A DNA stretch of 64,000 nt, from NCBI GenBank assembly GCA_964016885.1, contig OZ024740.1, positions 207,700,001-207,764,000 on the forward strand, written 5' to 3'. The position numbers were made by a program, and so were the translations under genes. Origin of the DNA: Eledone cirrhosa (Eukaryota). Of the stretch, positions 26,422 through 41,900 are shown piece after piece; positions within the stretch are counted from its first letter, which is position 1; each line of letters opens with the position of its first letter. The notes beneath the pieces are model-generated. The model did no database searches. It saw nothing but the letters and a program-made list of their open reading frames with translations, and had not been told where the DNA came from.

Positions 26422-26422
<1 letters not shown>
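26233..26422. mobile_element. 110-bp perfect palindrome + 80-bp tail inserted in (TA)n
   Basis: 26233-26342 is self-complementary around ctgt|acag; near-identical copy at 48125-48314. Confidence 0.85.
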
Positions 26423-26510
<88 letters not shown>

Positions 26511-26907
26511 GATAAATCTACCAAGAGTTTACGGTAGTGTCCAATCCGTATGAAGAACTCAATGTAAATAATGAACTTTTTTTGTTTAATATAAGGAACT
26601 GTTTCATTGTTTTATTCATTATTTTTTTAATATTTTATATATATATATATATCGCTTTGCAATCACCGACGTGAACAAAACATATTGATCATTTTATTAT
26701 AAGAAATTAAATTAAATGAAAAGTAAAATAAATAAGAACTTCAACATAACAAAACCCATTGAAGTGATGAAGGGTGGAAAGTTAGGGTGGGGACAGAAAA
26801 GTTGGGGAAATGAAATACAGAAAAAAAACAACGTATAATCAATTTTTTTTTTTTTAAATCAGCTGAAAATAAAACCAAGAGAAATAACTAACATTGAGTC
26901 CATGAAC

Positions 26908-27250
26908 ACCAGGGTCTGCTGAAAAGTTCATAGGCTGACTATGAAGGAGTGATACGAGAGCTGTAAAATCCCGCATGTATCAATTTTAAGTCTTCATATT
27001 AATAACTGCATTGTTTCTTTCCAGGGTCTATGTTGAAAAATAAACCTCATTTAGTCATTCCATGATAGTATCTTGGTCAGCCTATAAAAGAGTGATGTTA
27101 GCACTGTGAAATCTTGCATGCGTTAATTTCAAATCTTCTTATTAATAACTGCATTCTTTCTTTCCGGGATCTATGTTGAAAAATAATCTTCGTTTGGTCA
27201 CTTGATGAGAGTATCTTGGTCAGTGTATGAACTTTTCACCAACCTTCGTA
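26908..27250. mobile_element. Mariner-like MITE with an internal ~140-bp duplication
   Basis: gctgaaaagttcataggctgac / gtcagtgtatgaacttttcaccaaccttcgta imperfect TIRs; TA at the right end. Confidence 0.65.
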
Positions 27251-27304
27251 AATAGAAAATATATCGAAAAATAAAACATATTAAACATAAAAACACAATT
27301 GAGA

Positions 27305-27580
27305 TATCACAGCTCTGATACTATCGCAATGTAGTTAGAATGTCACAGGAAAGACTCGCTGGACAAATTTTACGGGCAAAAGCAACCGGCAGGAGACCCA
27401 GGGTAGACCCCGAGTAAGATGGTTGGATAACATCCATGAGCTTGGCTGGTTTCGCTTGGGGATTCAACTGGATCATTTGGAGACAGTTGTTTCTGTCAGG
27501 ACCCTATGGAAGGAGTGGTTAAGGTCTCAGCCCCCGCGACCCTCCCAGGAATAAGTGGGTGAAGAAGAAGAGAAGAGAAG
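27305..27580 (+). mobile_element. RTE-like LINE 3' end
   Basis: RAKATGRRPRxRPRVRWLDNI motif; GAA tail. Confidence 0.75.
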
Positions 27581-27987
27581 GTAAAACACAATTAAATCCT
27601 ACTCACATATGTAAGGTATACTAACGTAATTTCCAGGACATACAGATATCACTGACGCATACATGTGTTTCTGTGAGAACAATAACACAATCCTGCTGAT
27701 AACCATGATTTGTTACGTAGACAAAGGGTCAGTTTTGAAGAGGTGGCACATAATTATATTGGCTTGCATGTAGGGCAATACGGACTTCTGCGGGATTTGA
27801 ACTCATAACGTAAAGAACCGTAACTAAATACCACAATTCATTTTGTCATTTACCTCGAAGGTGAAACATAAGGGAACGTTTCAACGATAGATTACAAAAA
27901 TAAATTTAAAAAAAGAATTAGACGAAATGGTAGAAATTTACTTAAAACAACAACAGCAACAACAACAACAACAACAACAAACAAAAG

Positions 27988-28400
27988 TCTTCTTCTTTGC
28001 TCACTTATTCCTAAGAAGGCTGTGAGGAAAGAGTCCTCAAACACTCCTTCCAGTGGTTCCTATCAGAAGCAGCTGTCTCCAAATGATCCGGCTGAATCCT
28101 CAAGCGAGACCAGTCAAACTCATGGACGTTATCCAACCATCTTGCTCGGGGTCTACCCCTGGGTCTCCTGCCGGTTGGTTTTGCCCGTAAAATCTGTCCA
28201 GTGATTATTTCCTGAGACATTAAAACCATATGTCCTTAGTATCAGAGCTGTGATCTCTCAATTCGGAGAAATACCCGCCCTACCTGGAGTGACTCTCTGA
28301 TCGCCAAGAACCCCATTTCGGCCGCTTGTATTCGCGATCGTATTCTTTCGGCCATTATCCAAGATTTATGACCATAGGGAAAGTGTTGCACGAATACCGA
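27988..28400 (-). mobile_element. RTE-like LINE 3' end with internal deletion
   Basis: YGHKSW..IQAAEMGFL..IERSQL and GRRPRGRPRARWLDNV..DRNHWK. Confidence 0.8.
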
Positions 28401-28476
28401 ATTGAAGATACATGTTAGGTAGAAGTCAATAGTATAAAAAGAGAATAACGAAGAAAACATTCCCTTATATATGTCA

Positions 28477-31451
28477 CTAGCAGCTGAGCCCGGTTGCACT
28501 CGGGGCTACTCGGGACCACTTTTTATTAAGTTAATAAGTTGAGGGGCGACGTGAAGAGAGTGGTTTGACAGAGAGACGTTGGGTGGAGTAGTGTTCAAAG
28601 ATGTTATTGCAGGGCTTCTTTGTAGACAACGTTCCTGGTGTTGCCCGGGTTACCATAAATGAAAGATTGTGTGGACTGCCGACGCGGGAGCATCCGACGT
28701 ATAGTTGACCATGGGCAAATACCTGGTGTGTTAGATTTAGGCCAACCACTTGCAGCGATTGTCATTGTACTTTGTTAATGCTCATTGCAAAGCAGCGTTT
28801 TATGGGAAACTGCCGTCGCGTAAATTCATAGGTGACGTCAGAAGGACTAAGGCTCATAGGGGTAATTAACCTGGTCACGCCAGCAGCGGGTCCGCTCAAA
28901 ATAGTTGTCTCCAGAATTTTGGCTTCTTATTTTTTTAATGATTAAACGCGTTCCGTTCCATAGTTCTGGTGCATCCAGGTTTCTCAGCAGCATAACTGGC
29001 ACATCAACCTTCAGTTTCAGATCATGAGGAGGAAGTCCTGGAGGTAGTTGACTGTTGAGGTATTCAATTGGGTAGATGACGGCGTCGTCCGCCTTTTTAT
29101 TGGTGTCAATCGACTTGAAGGAGACTTCATTTCCGGGAATCTGATCGAGTAGTTTTTGGTTCATCACGTCAACAGTGGTATTGTGTGGTGCCAAAATAGC
29201 TCTCCCCTTCAGCCAGGTGTGATCATGGAATCGTTATTCAAGGTCTGGAAATACAGATGACATTAATTCGTCAATGTTTGACACAAAGTTCCCAAAAGGC
29301 AAACGGATATGCTCTTCATCCACTTCAGGTGTAGTTCCATTACCAACTTCCAGTAGATGTTTTGAGAAATCGATGGAGTCTGCGTCACCATGCACATGCA
29401 CTCTCATGTTGGTAGTCAGGTGTAGTTTGTGGACATACTGCCATACGTAGGACGACTTGTTGCATGCGTTCACTTCGTCAGCTCTAGTGCCTCTAGTGAT
29501 AGCAGGAAGAGTCTGTCGGAAATCGCCAGCCAGCAGTACTGTCGCTCCACCCATGACACGTGAGTTCCGACGCAAGTCTTTGAGAGTTCGATTCAAAGCC
29601 TCAAAGGCCGCCTTGTGACTCATGGTAGCCTCGTCCCATATGATCAGGCAGCACCCAGAAAGATGTGCTTTAGGGTCGCCACGATCTATTCTACTTGTAG
29701 GATTCTCCTTCTTTGCAATGTCCAAAGGCAATTTCAATGCGGAGTGTGCCGTACGCCCGCCATGTAACAGTGTCGCCGCAATACCACTGGAGGCGACCGC
29801 TAAAGCAATCCGCTTGTCTTTTCGTAGCTTCGCAAGCAAAAGTTTGATGAGAAAAGTTTTTCCTGTTCCGCCAGGAGCATCCAGGAAAAATAGCCGTCCC
29901 TCATTTGAATTGACACTGGAGAGAATTCTGTCATATGCCCGTCTCTGATCATGCAAAAGTCTGGGTTCGTCCTGAGCTACCTGATGTGTCATATCGTCCA
30001 TGTTGTAATTTAATTCACGCATGAACTCCACATCTAAAGCACTGTGAGTGTTTCGAGGTTGTGGCAAACGATATCAGATACACCGCCAACTCCAAGAGCT
30101 TTAAGATGGTTGTCCATGTCGATGAGGGCCTCATTGTACACCGCGTCGTTGAAAGCAAAGCCAGCCGCTGAATCCTCTGACATGTTGTTCTTATGCGTTT
30201 TTCAAAGCTTAAGGGGCTCACCTGTGCCGCAGAACAATAACATTATGTAAAACAGACGTCTCATTTCTCGAGGCATCTTACATTCAGCAGCCAGCCTCTG
30301 TCAACTCCACGTTCAGGTGGACATCATCCTCGAGTAGCCCGCGCTTCACGCACGCGTCCCTGTAACTGGAACAAATGTGGCTATCGAAAAGTCTTAGGTT
30401 GGCGAATGACTTGGGCCCTTTGATTTGATGCAGCAACATTCGCAGGAAAAAGCATTCTTGTTGCTTCGGATGAACATTCTACACGCGTCCGATGGCATTA
30501 CTTCTGAATACACCTACCCAATCATCAACTTTTTCCCCTTGTCGCCGCCGATGCCATTTTTTGTTCGACCAAGTGAAGTAGGTACATCGACGTAAAAAAG
30601 GGTAACTGCAAACGTATCAACAGAACATAACTTAAAAAATGCTGTAAGCGTCGTCTCAGGTGGCTGTTCGGCAGCAGCCGATGCGGTTTCCTCAGTGAAA
30701 TAAACGCGTTGACCATTCTCTAAGTGAACATTCAAGTTAAAAACTGCTGGAGAGCACCGGTGAATTTCAAGCCCCAAAATGCGCCAAGCCGCCATATTGG
30801 ACGAAATGTATCTTCCCATCATGAACTGAGTAATTTCGTCTTTTGATTCTATGCCATCACTGAGGCCAACCACCGCAATGTCACCGCCTTTGTTGATGTA
30901 TTTGCAGATGTATTTAATGCTTTTAACAGATGTGCAGGACTCCACATTGATGTGAGCATTAAAAATGTTAGCAAGCAAAGGGCTGTAAGGAACTACCCAG
31001 CTGTTGTCAATGTCGTATTCTTTCCCTTTCTTCTTAATCCTAACCGAAAGGCCGCCAAAATCGGGAGCACGTCGCCGGTAGATGGGGTAGCCATCAACCC
31101 CAGTGCAAGTTTCCCTGGTGAAGGCTCTGGGGTAGTGTTTGGTGCACTTGTTACCCTCCATGCATGAATTTTGGCTGTTAAGGGCACCACAGGGTCCATG
31201 TATCATATTAGCTAGCACATAGTCGTTTCAATAAAAAGTTGCATTAAAAAAGGGAGGCATTGAATGTAAAATGCTCAGCTAAAAGCGAAACATTTATGTC
31301 ATTGTTTACGTATAATGAATTGGAAATGCTTCACTAAGAGATGGATATAAAAGTATTTTAGGTTAAATAGTATAGGGAGGTGGGTAGGATACATACATAC
31401 ATACATACATACATACATACGTAGACACGACGCTCAGCTTTATATAAGTAT
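28477..31451 (-). mobile_element. Helitron, decayed RepHel (Rep C-terminal half + PIF1-like helicase) with canonical 3' end
   Basis: MIHGPCG, YPIYRRR, HINVE, KYICKYINKG; DAPGGTGKTFL, ASSGIAATLL, WDEATM, GDFRQTLP, NMR, NGTRL, HGQLYVGCSRV; GC hairpin (28488-28506) then CTAG|T at 28477. Confidence 0.93.
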
Positions 31452-31559
31452 CGTGTGAATGTGTGTGCGTGTGTGTGCTATGCGAGCGACGACAGTTCAA
31501 AGATATATAACACGTTAATGAACGTTAACTAAAGTTTGCTGGTCCCCCCTCTCTCTCTC

Positions 31560-31885
31560 TGAATATCTAACACTTTAATTGTATCTCTCTCTCTCTCTAA
31601 CGGCCTATCTCTCTCTGCAGTGTTGTCATATAGGGAGTGAAGAGCGACAGAGAGAGTGAAGCTAAGAAATTATAGGGAGGTAAAATCGATAGAAAAAGAC
31701 CGTTCTTTTGGCCCTAGAGACCACATTTGTCAATTTAGAGAACCCCAAGTAGACCTGCCGCTTCCTCGGCACCATTTACATTAATGTGTAAATTTTCATG
31801 ACAATCAGAGCATTGGTACTACCCTATTGCCTGTATCCAGACACAACTCAGACAATTTTCGCTCATTTCATATTTATATAATAGA
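31560..31885 (-). mobile_element. Helitron-type 5' terminal segment
   Basis: Minus strand starts A|TCTATTATATAAATATG...ctgattgtcatgaaaattt, typical of Helitron 5' ends. Confidence 0.55.
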
Positions 31886-32401
31886 TTACACATAAACAGA
31901 GAGATCAAAGCCAACCGACCAGATACTGTAAACAAAGACCACAAAGAAAATAATATCTATGTGTATCTATCCCTATAGACGATAATATATCTATCAAAGA
32001 AATGAAGAAATTGTCTAAATATAAAGATCTAGATATAAAAATAACCTGAATGTGGATGATGAAAACAGAATCAATCCTTATGATAATAATTGTTGTAAGA
32101 ATGATTAAAAAACACAGATATCGATACATAACCTTGATTAGACAAACATTTACAGCATACAGTCACTACACACATATCACATTGAGTAATCTCAATAAAA
32201 ACCACACCCAAAACAACACTGCATGTACCCAAGGCACACAGGGCTGGGCTCAGTAATGCAGTAACAACACGCAATATAATAATAGAAGTGATATGTGGAA
32301 CATCCCTTGTGATTTGTTAGATAACGAGCAGGATATCGGTTAGTTTAATTTCCACTCAGACAAAACTAATAGAAAGTATTCGAGACACACACACGCACAC
32401 G

Positions 32402-32441
<40 letters not shown>

Positions 32442-33147
32442 CACACACACACACACACACATAGACACACACACATACACACAGAGACACACACATATAC
32501 ACACACACATACACACACATACACACATACGCACACGCACACACAGAGACGCACACATGCACTCACATACATACTGACGCACACACACACACATACACAC
32601 ACATACACACACATACACACACATACACACACATACATACACACACATACAGACGCGCACACACACATACACGCGCACACACACACACACAGATGCACAC
32701 ACACACACACACACACATACACACATAAACACACACAAACACACATACACACTCATGCACACAAACACAGACACACACAAAACACACATACATAGACACG
32801 TATCCATTTACTGACACACACACAGACAGACACGTATCCCCTCATCGACACACACGCAGACACTCACACACCTATCCCCTCATCGACACACACGCAGCCC
32901 CACACACAGACACTCACACACGTATCTCCTCCTCAATACACACGCAGCGCGCACACACACAGACACTCACACACATACATCTCATCATCAACACAGACAC
33001 ACAGAGACACATACACAGACACACACACAGACACACACATGTATCTCATTATCGACACACACACATTCTACGTTAATACACATTAGGAATAAACAACATG
33101 ACATTAGCAGTTTAAAGAGATTCTAATTGTTTTGGTTCTTTAGAATA

Positions 33148-33371
<224 letters not shown>

Positions 33372-33390
33372 CATATATACATATATATAT

Positions 33391-33455
<65 letters not shown>

Positions 33456-33467
33456 TCTCTGTTTATT

Positions 33468-33530
<63 letters not shown>

Positions 33531-33671
33531 TTAAAGGTTAAACAAGGTTCAATGAATAAATCAAAGAATGAGTTTTACAATAGATTGGAAGCACTCAACA
33601 TATATGGTTTTCCGGAGTTATTAATATTAATTCAAAATATTAACAAAAATAGACATTCGTGTGATCAAGTA

Positions 33672-33738
33672 TATTTTATTATACATATTTCAGAGGTACT
33701 GAGCTATCTTCAACAGTACGTCCTCATCAGATAAAATA
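33672..33738 (-). ncRNA. Type I hammerhead ribozyme (left arm)
   Basis: Reverse complement of 33928-33994. Confidence 0.78.
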
Positions 33739-33927
33739 AGATGATGCATGACATACCCTGACTTAGTAGATGGTTAAGATTCAGTCATGGTAGTACCATG
33801 GTAGCATGACATACCTTGACTTAGTAGATGGTTAAGATTCAGTAATGGTAGTACCATGGTAGTACCATGGTACTACCATGACTAAATCTTAACCATCTAC
33901 TAAGTCAGGGTATGTCATGCATCATCT

Positions 33928-33994
33928 TATTTTATCTGATGAGGACGTACTGTTGAAGATAGCTCAGTACCTCTGAAATATGTATAATAAAATA
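33928..33994 (+). ncRNA. Type I hammerhead ribozyme (right arm)
   Basis: tattttat-CTGATGA-ggacgtactg...cagtacctct-GAAA-tatgta-TA-ataaaata; 8-bp stem I. Confidence 0.78.
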
Positions 33995-34035
33995 TACTTG
34001 ATCACACGAATGTCTATTTTTGTTAATATTTTGAA

Positions 34036-34098
<63 letters not shown>

Positions 34099-34151
34099 AT
34101 AATAAGGGTGAAAGCAGCGATTCTTTGCTTAAACTTTAATCTGTTATTTTA

Positions 34152-34196
<45 letters not shown>

Positions 34197-34202
34197 TTTT
34201 GA

Positions 34203-35264
34203 AAAGTCAATGAGGATGAGAGAGATACTTCTAGCCTACGGCATGCCAAAGAAAACAGTAAATGCCATCATGATGTTATATAAAAACACCCGCGCATTGG
34301 TGCGCTCACCTGATGGAGATACCAACTTCTTTGACATCATTGCAGGAGTACTCCAAGGGGATAGATACTCTTGCACCATATATTTTTATCATCTGCCTCT
34401 ACTATGTATTGAGAAAAGCTCTGGACGAAAACTTAGGGCTTGGTTTCACTCTCACAAAGCGAAAGTGTAGACGCCATGCAGCTCAGAAAATCACCGATGC
34501 TCACTATGCGGATGATTTAGCGGTCCTCGCTGACTACCTTAAGGATGCAACATCACTACTTCACAGCATCGAATCAGTTGCAAAGGAAATCAGACTCTAT
34601 GTCGACGCTGGCAAAACAGAATATATTTGCCTGAACCAAGACTCCTCAGTTGGTATGCGAAGTCTAAACGGCGATATAATCAAGCAAGTTGACGACTTCA
34701 AATACTTGGGTAGCTATATCGCCTCCACAGAACATGATGTTAACATCAAACTGGGAAAAGCCTGGGGAGCATTGAATGCAATGGAAAAAATATGGAAATC
34801 AAACCTGCCGGCCAAACTGAAAAGGAATTTCTTTAGAGCTGCTGTGGATTCTGTGCTTGTTTATGGCTCTATCACTTGGACGCTAACGTCGAAACTGGAG
34901 AAAAAGCTCAACGGGGCATACACACGTATGCTCCGTGCTGCTTTAAACGTATCTTGGAGGGAAGACCCAACAAATAAGGATCTCTATAGCAATATACCAC
35001 CTATCAGCAGGTCAACACGTGGACAGAGACTCAGATTTGCTGGCCACTGTTGACGCAGCAAGGAAGAAATGGCAGGTGATGTATTGTTATGGAGTCCATC
35101 TCATGGAGCAAGAAACGCTGGTCGTCCCAAGAAGACGTACGTCAAGCAACTTGAGGACGATACTGGATGCACTGCGGAAGAACTGGCAAACGCTATGAGA
35201 GACAGAGATCGATGAAGGAAACGTGTCGTAGAAAACCGAGCAAGCTCGACCTGATGATGATGAT
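34203..35264 (+). mobile_element. RTE-like LINE, 5'-truncated, (TGA)n tail
   Basis: [35 protein letters not shown]; frameshifts. Confidence 0.9.
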
Positions 35265-35965
35265 ATTAGTTGTGTCTTTATTCCACAGAGAACTGTACGG
35301 TGTGATTTGGAAAAAAATCGAGTAATAATCAATATGTTGAATGGTTTTGATGATCTAATGAATGTTGTTAGTGTTTATTTTATCTTACATGGTAAATCTG
35401 GAAAAGGGGGCCGCATGTGTATCACAGATCCCCGAGGACAGGTGCAGGCCCGTTGCCAGGCATTGGTCCGTAGAGATAAGCCTTCAGAATGTTCTGAATG
35501 GGAATATGCTTCAGGATGGATATTTTATAAACTCTATTGTTTATATCAGTGGATGCACCAGTGTAAAGTAAGAGAGAGAGTGCCATCCAGTGATCTCTAC
35601 CCAACACCACATCGATGGGCCCAGATAAGAGCTCGATGCAATTATTGCACTGTTTAAACTGGGGCTTCTACAATCCATTTATAAATACTCGAGTAGAAAT
35701 GGAGATTCAAAGTCAGAGACGTTCTGGGTAGAAAGTTCCGGGCGTAGAGCTTAATGCTGAACCTGGAGTGTTGGATCAATATAGGATGATGAGGGGAGAA
35801 AAGGGGATAAGTATGGATTTCCTGAATGGAGGGGCCTTATGATGAATAAACTTCAGGGATCAGATGTCATTCTAATAACGGCAAGCAAGACAACAAACAT
35901 TACTACTACCTCCACAAACACAACGATCACCATCTCAAACAAGCACCAATACCTCAGAGAAGCTT

Positions 35966-38900
35966 CACCACCGCCACACCAAACACCACCACCACACTAA
36001 ACACCACCACCACCACACCAAACACCACCACCACACTAAACACCACCACCACCACACCAAACACCACCACCCCAGCAAACACCACCACCACATCAAACAC
36101 CACCACCAGACCAAACACCACCACCACACCAAACACCACCGCCACACCAAACACCACCACCATACAAAACACCACCACCACACCAAACACCACCGCCATA
36201 CCAAACACCACCACCACACTAAACACCACCACCACCACACCAAACACCACCACCACACTAAACACCACCACCACCACACCAAACACCACCACCCCAGCAA
36301 ACACCACCACCACATCAAACACCACCACAAGACCAAACACCACCACCACACCAAACACCACCGCCACACCAAACACCACCACCATACAAAACACCACCAC
36401 CACACCAAACACCACCACCACACCAATCACCACCACCACACCAAACACCACCACCACACAAATCACCACCACCACACCAAACACCACCACCACACCAAAC
36501 ACCACCACCACACAAAACACCACCACCACACCAAACACCAACACCACACAAAACACCACCACCACACCAAACACCACCACCACACCAAACACCGCCACCA
36601 CATCAAACACCATCACCACACCAAACACCACCACCACACCAAATACCACCAACACACCAAACACCACCACCACAACAAACACCACCACCACACCAAACAC
36701 CACCACCACACCAAACACCACCACCACACCAAACACCACCACCAGACACCACCACCACACCAAACACCACCACCACACCAAACACCACCACCACACCAAA
36801 CACCACCACCAGACACCACCACCACACCAAACACCACCACCACACCAAACACCACCACCAAACACCACCACCACACCAAACAACATCACCACACCAAACA
36901 CCACCACCACACACCACCACCACATAAAACATCACCACCACACCAAACACCACCACCAAACACCACCACCACATAAAACATCACCACCACACCAAACACC
37001 ACCACCAAACACCACCACCACATAAAACATCACCACCACACCAAACACCACCACCAAACACCACAACCACACCAAACACCACCACCACACCAAACACCAC
37101 CACCACAGCAGACACCACCACCACCACACCAAACACCACCAACACACCAAACACCACCACCACACCAAACACCACCACCACATAAAACATCACCACCACA
37201 CCAAACACCACCACAACATCAAACGCCACCACCACACCAAACACCACCACCACATCAAACACCACCACCACACCAAACACCATAACCACACCAAACACCA
37301 CCACGAAACACCACCACCACACCAAAATACCACCACCACACCAAACACCACCACCACATCAAACACCACCACCACACCAGACACCACCACCACACCAAAC
37401 ACCACCACCACATCAAACACCACCACCACACCAAACACCACCACTACACCAAACACCACCACCACACCAAACACCACCACCACACCAAAACACCACCACC
37501 ACACCAAACACCACCACCACACAAAACACCACCACCACATCAAACACCACCACCAAACACCACCACCACACCAAACACCACCACCACACCAAACACCACC
37601 ACCACACCAAACATAAAAACCACACCAAACACCACCACCAAACACCACCACCACACCAAAACACCACCACTACACCAAACACCACCACCACACCAAACAC
37701 CACCACCACACCAAAACACCACCACCACACCAAACACCACCACCACACCAAACACCACCACCACATCAAACACCACCACCACACCCAAACACCACCACTA
37801 CACCAAACACCACCACCACATCAAACACCACCACCACACCCAAACACCACCACTACACCAAACACCACCACCACACCAAACACCACCACCACATCAAACA
37901 CCACCACCACATCCAAACACCACCACCACACCAAACACCACCACCACACCAAACACCACCACCACACCAAACACCACCACCACACCAAACACCACACCAC
38001 ACCAAACACCACCACCACACCAAACACCACCACCACACCAAACACCACCACCACACCAAACACCACCACCACACCTAACACCATCACCACACCAAACACC
38101 ACCACCACACCAAACACCACCACCACACCAAACACCACACCACCACACCAAACACCACCACCAAACACCACCACCACACCAAACACCACCACCACACCAA
38201 ACACCACCATCACACCAAAACACCACCAGCACACCAAACACCACCGCCACACCAAACACCACCACCACTACACCAAACACAACCACCACACCAAACACCA
38301 CCACCACATCAAACACCACCACCACACCAAACACCACCACCACATCAAACACCACCACCACACCAAACACTACCACCACACCAAAATACCACCACCACAT
38401 TAAACACCACCACCACAGCAAACACCACCACCACATCAAACACCACCACCACACCAAACACCATAACCACACCAAACACCACCACCACACTAAACACCAC
38501 CACCACCACCAAACACCACCACCACACCAAACACCACCACCACACCAAACATCACCACCACACCAAACACCACCACCAAACACCACCACCACACCAAACA
38601 TAAAAAACACACCAAACACCACCACCAAACACCACCACCACACCACCACCACACCAAACACCACCACCAAACACCACCACCACACCAAACACCACCACCA
38701 CATAAAACATCACCACCACACCAAACACCACCACCAAACACCACCACCACACCAAACACCACCATCAGACCAAATACCACCACCACACCAAACACCAACA
38801 CCACACCAAACACCACCACCACACCAAACACCACCACCACACCAAACACCACCACCACACCAAACACCATAACCACATCAAACACCATCACCACCACCAA

Positions 38901-41900
38901 ACACCACCACCATACCAAACACAACCACCACACCACCACCACACCAAACACCACCACCAAACACCACCACCACACCAAACACCACCACCACATAAAACAT
39001 CACCACCACACCAAACACCACCACCACACCCAAACACCACCACTACGCCAAACACCACCACCACACAAAACACCACCACCACACCAAAACACCACCACCA
39101 CACCAAACACCACCACAACACCAAACACCACCACCACATCAAACACCACCACCACACCAAACACCACCATCACACCAAATACCACCACCACATCAAACAC
39201 CACCACCACACCAAACACCATAACCACATCAAACACCATCACCACCACCAAACACCACCACCACACCAAACACCACCACCACACCAAACACCACCACCAC
39301 ACCAAACACCAACACCATACCAAACACCACCACCACACCAAACACCACCACCACACCAAACACCACCACCACCACATCAAACACCACCACCACACCAAAC
39401 ACCAACACCACACCAAACACCATCACCACACCAAACACCACCATCACACCAAATACCACCACCACCACATCAAACACCACCACCACACCAAACACCAACA
39501 CCACACCAAACAACATCACCACACCAAACACCACCACCACACCAAACACCACCACCACACCAGACACCACCACCACCACATCAAACACCACCACCACACC
39601 AAACACCACCACCACACCAAACACCACCATCACACCAAATACCACCACCACATCAAACAGCACCACCACACCAAATACCACCACCACACCAAACACCACC
39701 ACCACACCAAACACCAACACCACTCCAAACAGCATCACCACACCAAACACCACCACCACACCAAACACCACCACCACACCCAACACCACCACCACACCAA
39801 ATACCACCACCACACCAAACACCACCACCACACCAAACACCAACACCACACCAAACACCATCACCACACCAAACACCACCACCACACCAAATACCACCAC
39901 CACACCAAACACCAACACCACACCAAACACCACCACCACACCAAACACCACCACCACAACAAACACCACCACCACACCCAACACCACCACCACACCAAAC
40001 ACCACCACCACACCAAACACCAACACCACACCAAACACCATCACCACACCAAACACCATCACCACACCAAACACCACCACCACACCAAACACCACCACCA
40101 CCACACCAAACACCACCACCACAGCAAATACCACCACCACCACATCAAACACCACCACCACACCAAACACCAACACCACACCACACCAAACACCATCACC
40201 ACACCAAACACCACCACCACACCAAACACCACCACCACCACATCAAACACCACCACCACACCAAATACCACCACCACACCAAACACCACCACCACACCAA
40301 ACACCACCATCACACCAAATACCACCACCACATCAAACACCACCACCATACCAAACACCATAACCACATCAAACACCATCACCACGACCAAACACCACCA
40401 CCACACCAAACACCACCACCACACCAAACACCACCACCACACCAAACACCACCACCACACCAAACACCACCACCACACCAAACAGCACCACCACCACACC
40501 AAACACCACCACCACACCAAATACCACCACCACCACACCAAACACCACCACCACATCAAACACCATCACCACCACCAACACCACCACCACACCAAACACC
40601 ACCACCACACCAAACACCACCACCACACCAAACACCACCACCAAACACCACCACCACACCAAACACCACCACCACACCAAACACCACCACCAAACACCAC
40701 CACACCAAACACCACCACCACACCAAACACCACCACCACATAAAACATCACCACCACACCAAACACCATCACCAAACACCACCACCACACCAAATACCGC
40801 CACCACACCAAACACCACCACCACACCCAAACACCACCACCACACCAAACACCACCACCACACCAAACACCACCACCACACCAAAACACCACCACCACAC
40901 CAAACACCACCACCACACCAAACACCACCACCACATCAAACACCACCACCACACCCAAACACCACCACTACACCAAACACCACCACCACACCAAACACCA
41001 CCACCACATCAAAACACCACCACCACACCAAACACCACCACCACACCAAACACCACCACCACATCAAACACCACCACCACACCCAAACACCACCACCACA
41101 CCAAACACCACCACCACACCAAACACCACCACCACACCAAACACCACCACCAAACCAAACACCACCACCACACCAAACACCACCACAACATCAAACACCA
41201 CCACCACACCCAAACACCACTAACACCAAACACCACTACCACACCAAACACCACCACCACACCAAAACACCACCAGCACACCAAACACCACCGCCACACC
41301 AAACACCACCACCACCACACCAAACACAACCACCACACCAAACACCACCACCACACCAAATACCACCACCACACCAAACACCACCACCACACCAAACACC
41401 ACCACCACATCAAACACCACCACCACACCAAACACCACCTCCACACCAAACACCACCACCACACCAAACACCACCACCACACCAAACACCACCACCACAC
41501 CAAACACCACCACCACACCAAACACCACCTCCACACCAAACACCACCACCACACCAAACACCACCACCACACCAAACACCACCACCACACCAAACACCAC
41601 CTCCACACCAAACACCACCTCCACACCAAACACCACCACCACACCAAACACCACCACCACACCAAACACCACCTCCACACCAAACACCACAACCACACCA
41701 AACACCACCACCACACCAAACACCACCACCACACCAAACACCACATCCACACCAAACACCACCACCATATCAAACACCACCACCACACAAACACCACCAC
41801 CAAACACCACCACCATATCAAATACCACCACCACACCAAACACCACCACCAAACACCACCACCACATAAAACACCACGACCACACCAAACACCACCACCA

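Larger units (their letters stand above)
33535..34042. mobile_element. Tail + ~420-bp fold-back with two opposed HHRs, in (TA)n (PLE pseudo-LTR-like)
   Basis: Arms ~33624-33803 and ~33864-34042 are near-perfect reverse complements; ~60-bp duplication at the centre; homologous to 47778-48102. Confidence 0.85.

Noticed and set aside
27305-28260. Inverted pair resembling long TIRs
   Set aside because: Two independently diverged RTE 3' ends lying tail-to-tail, each with its own GAA tail
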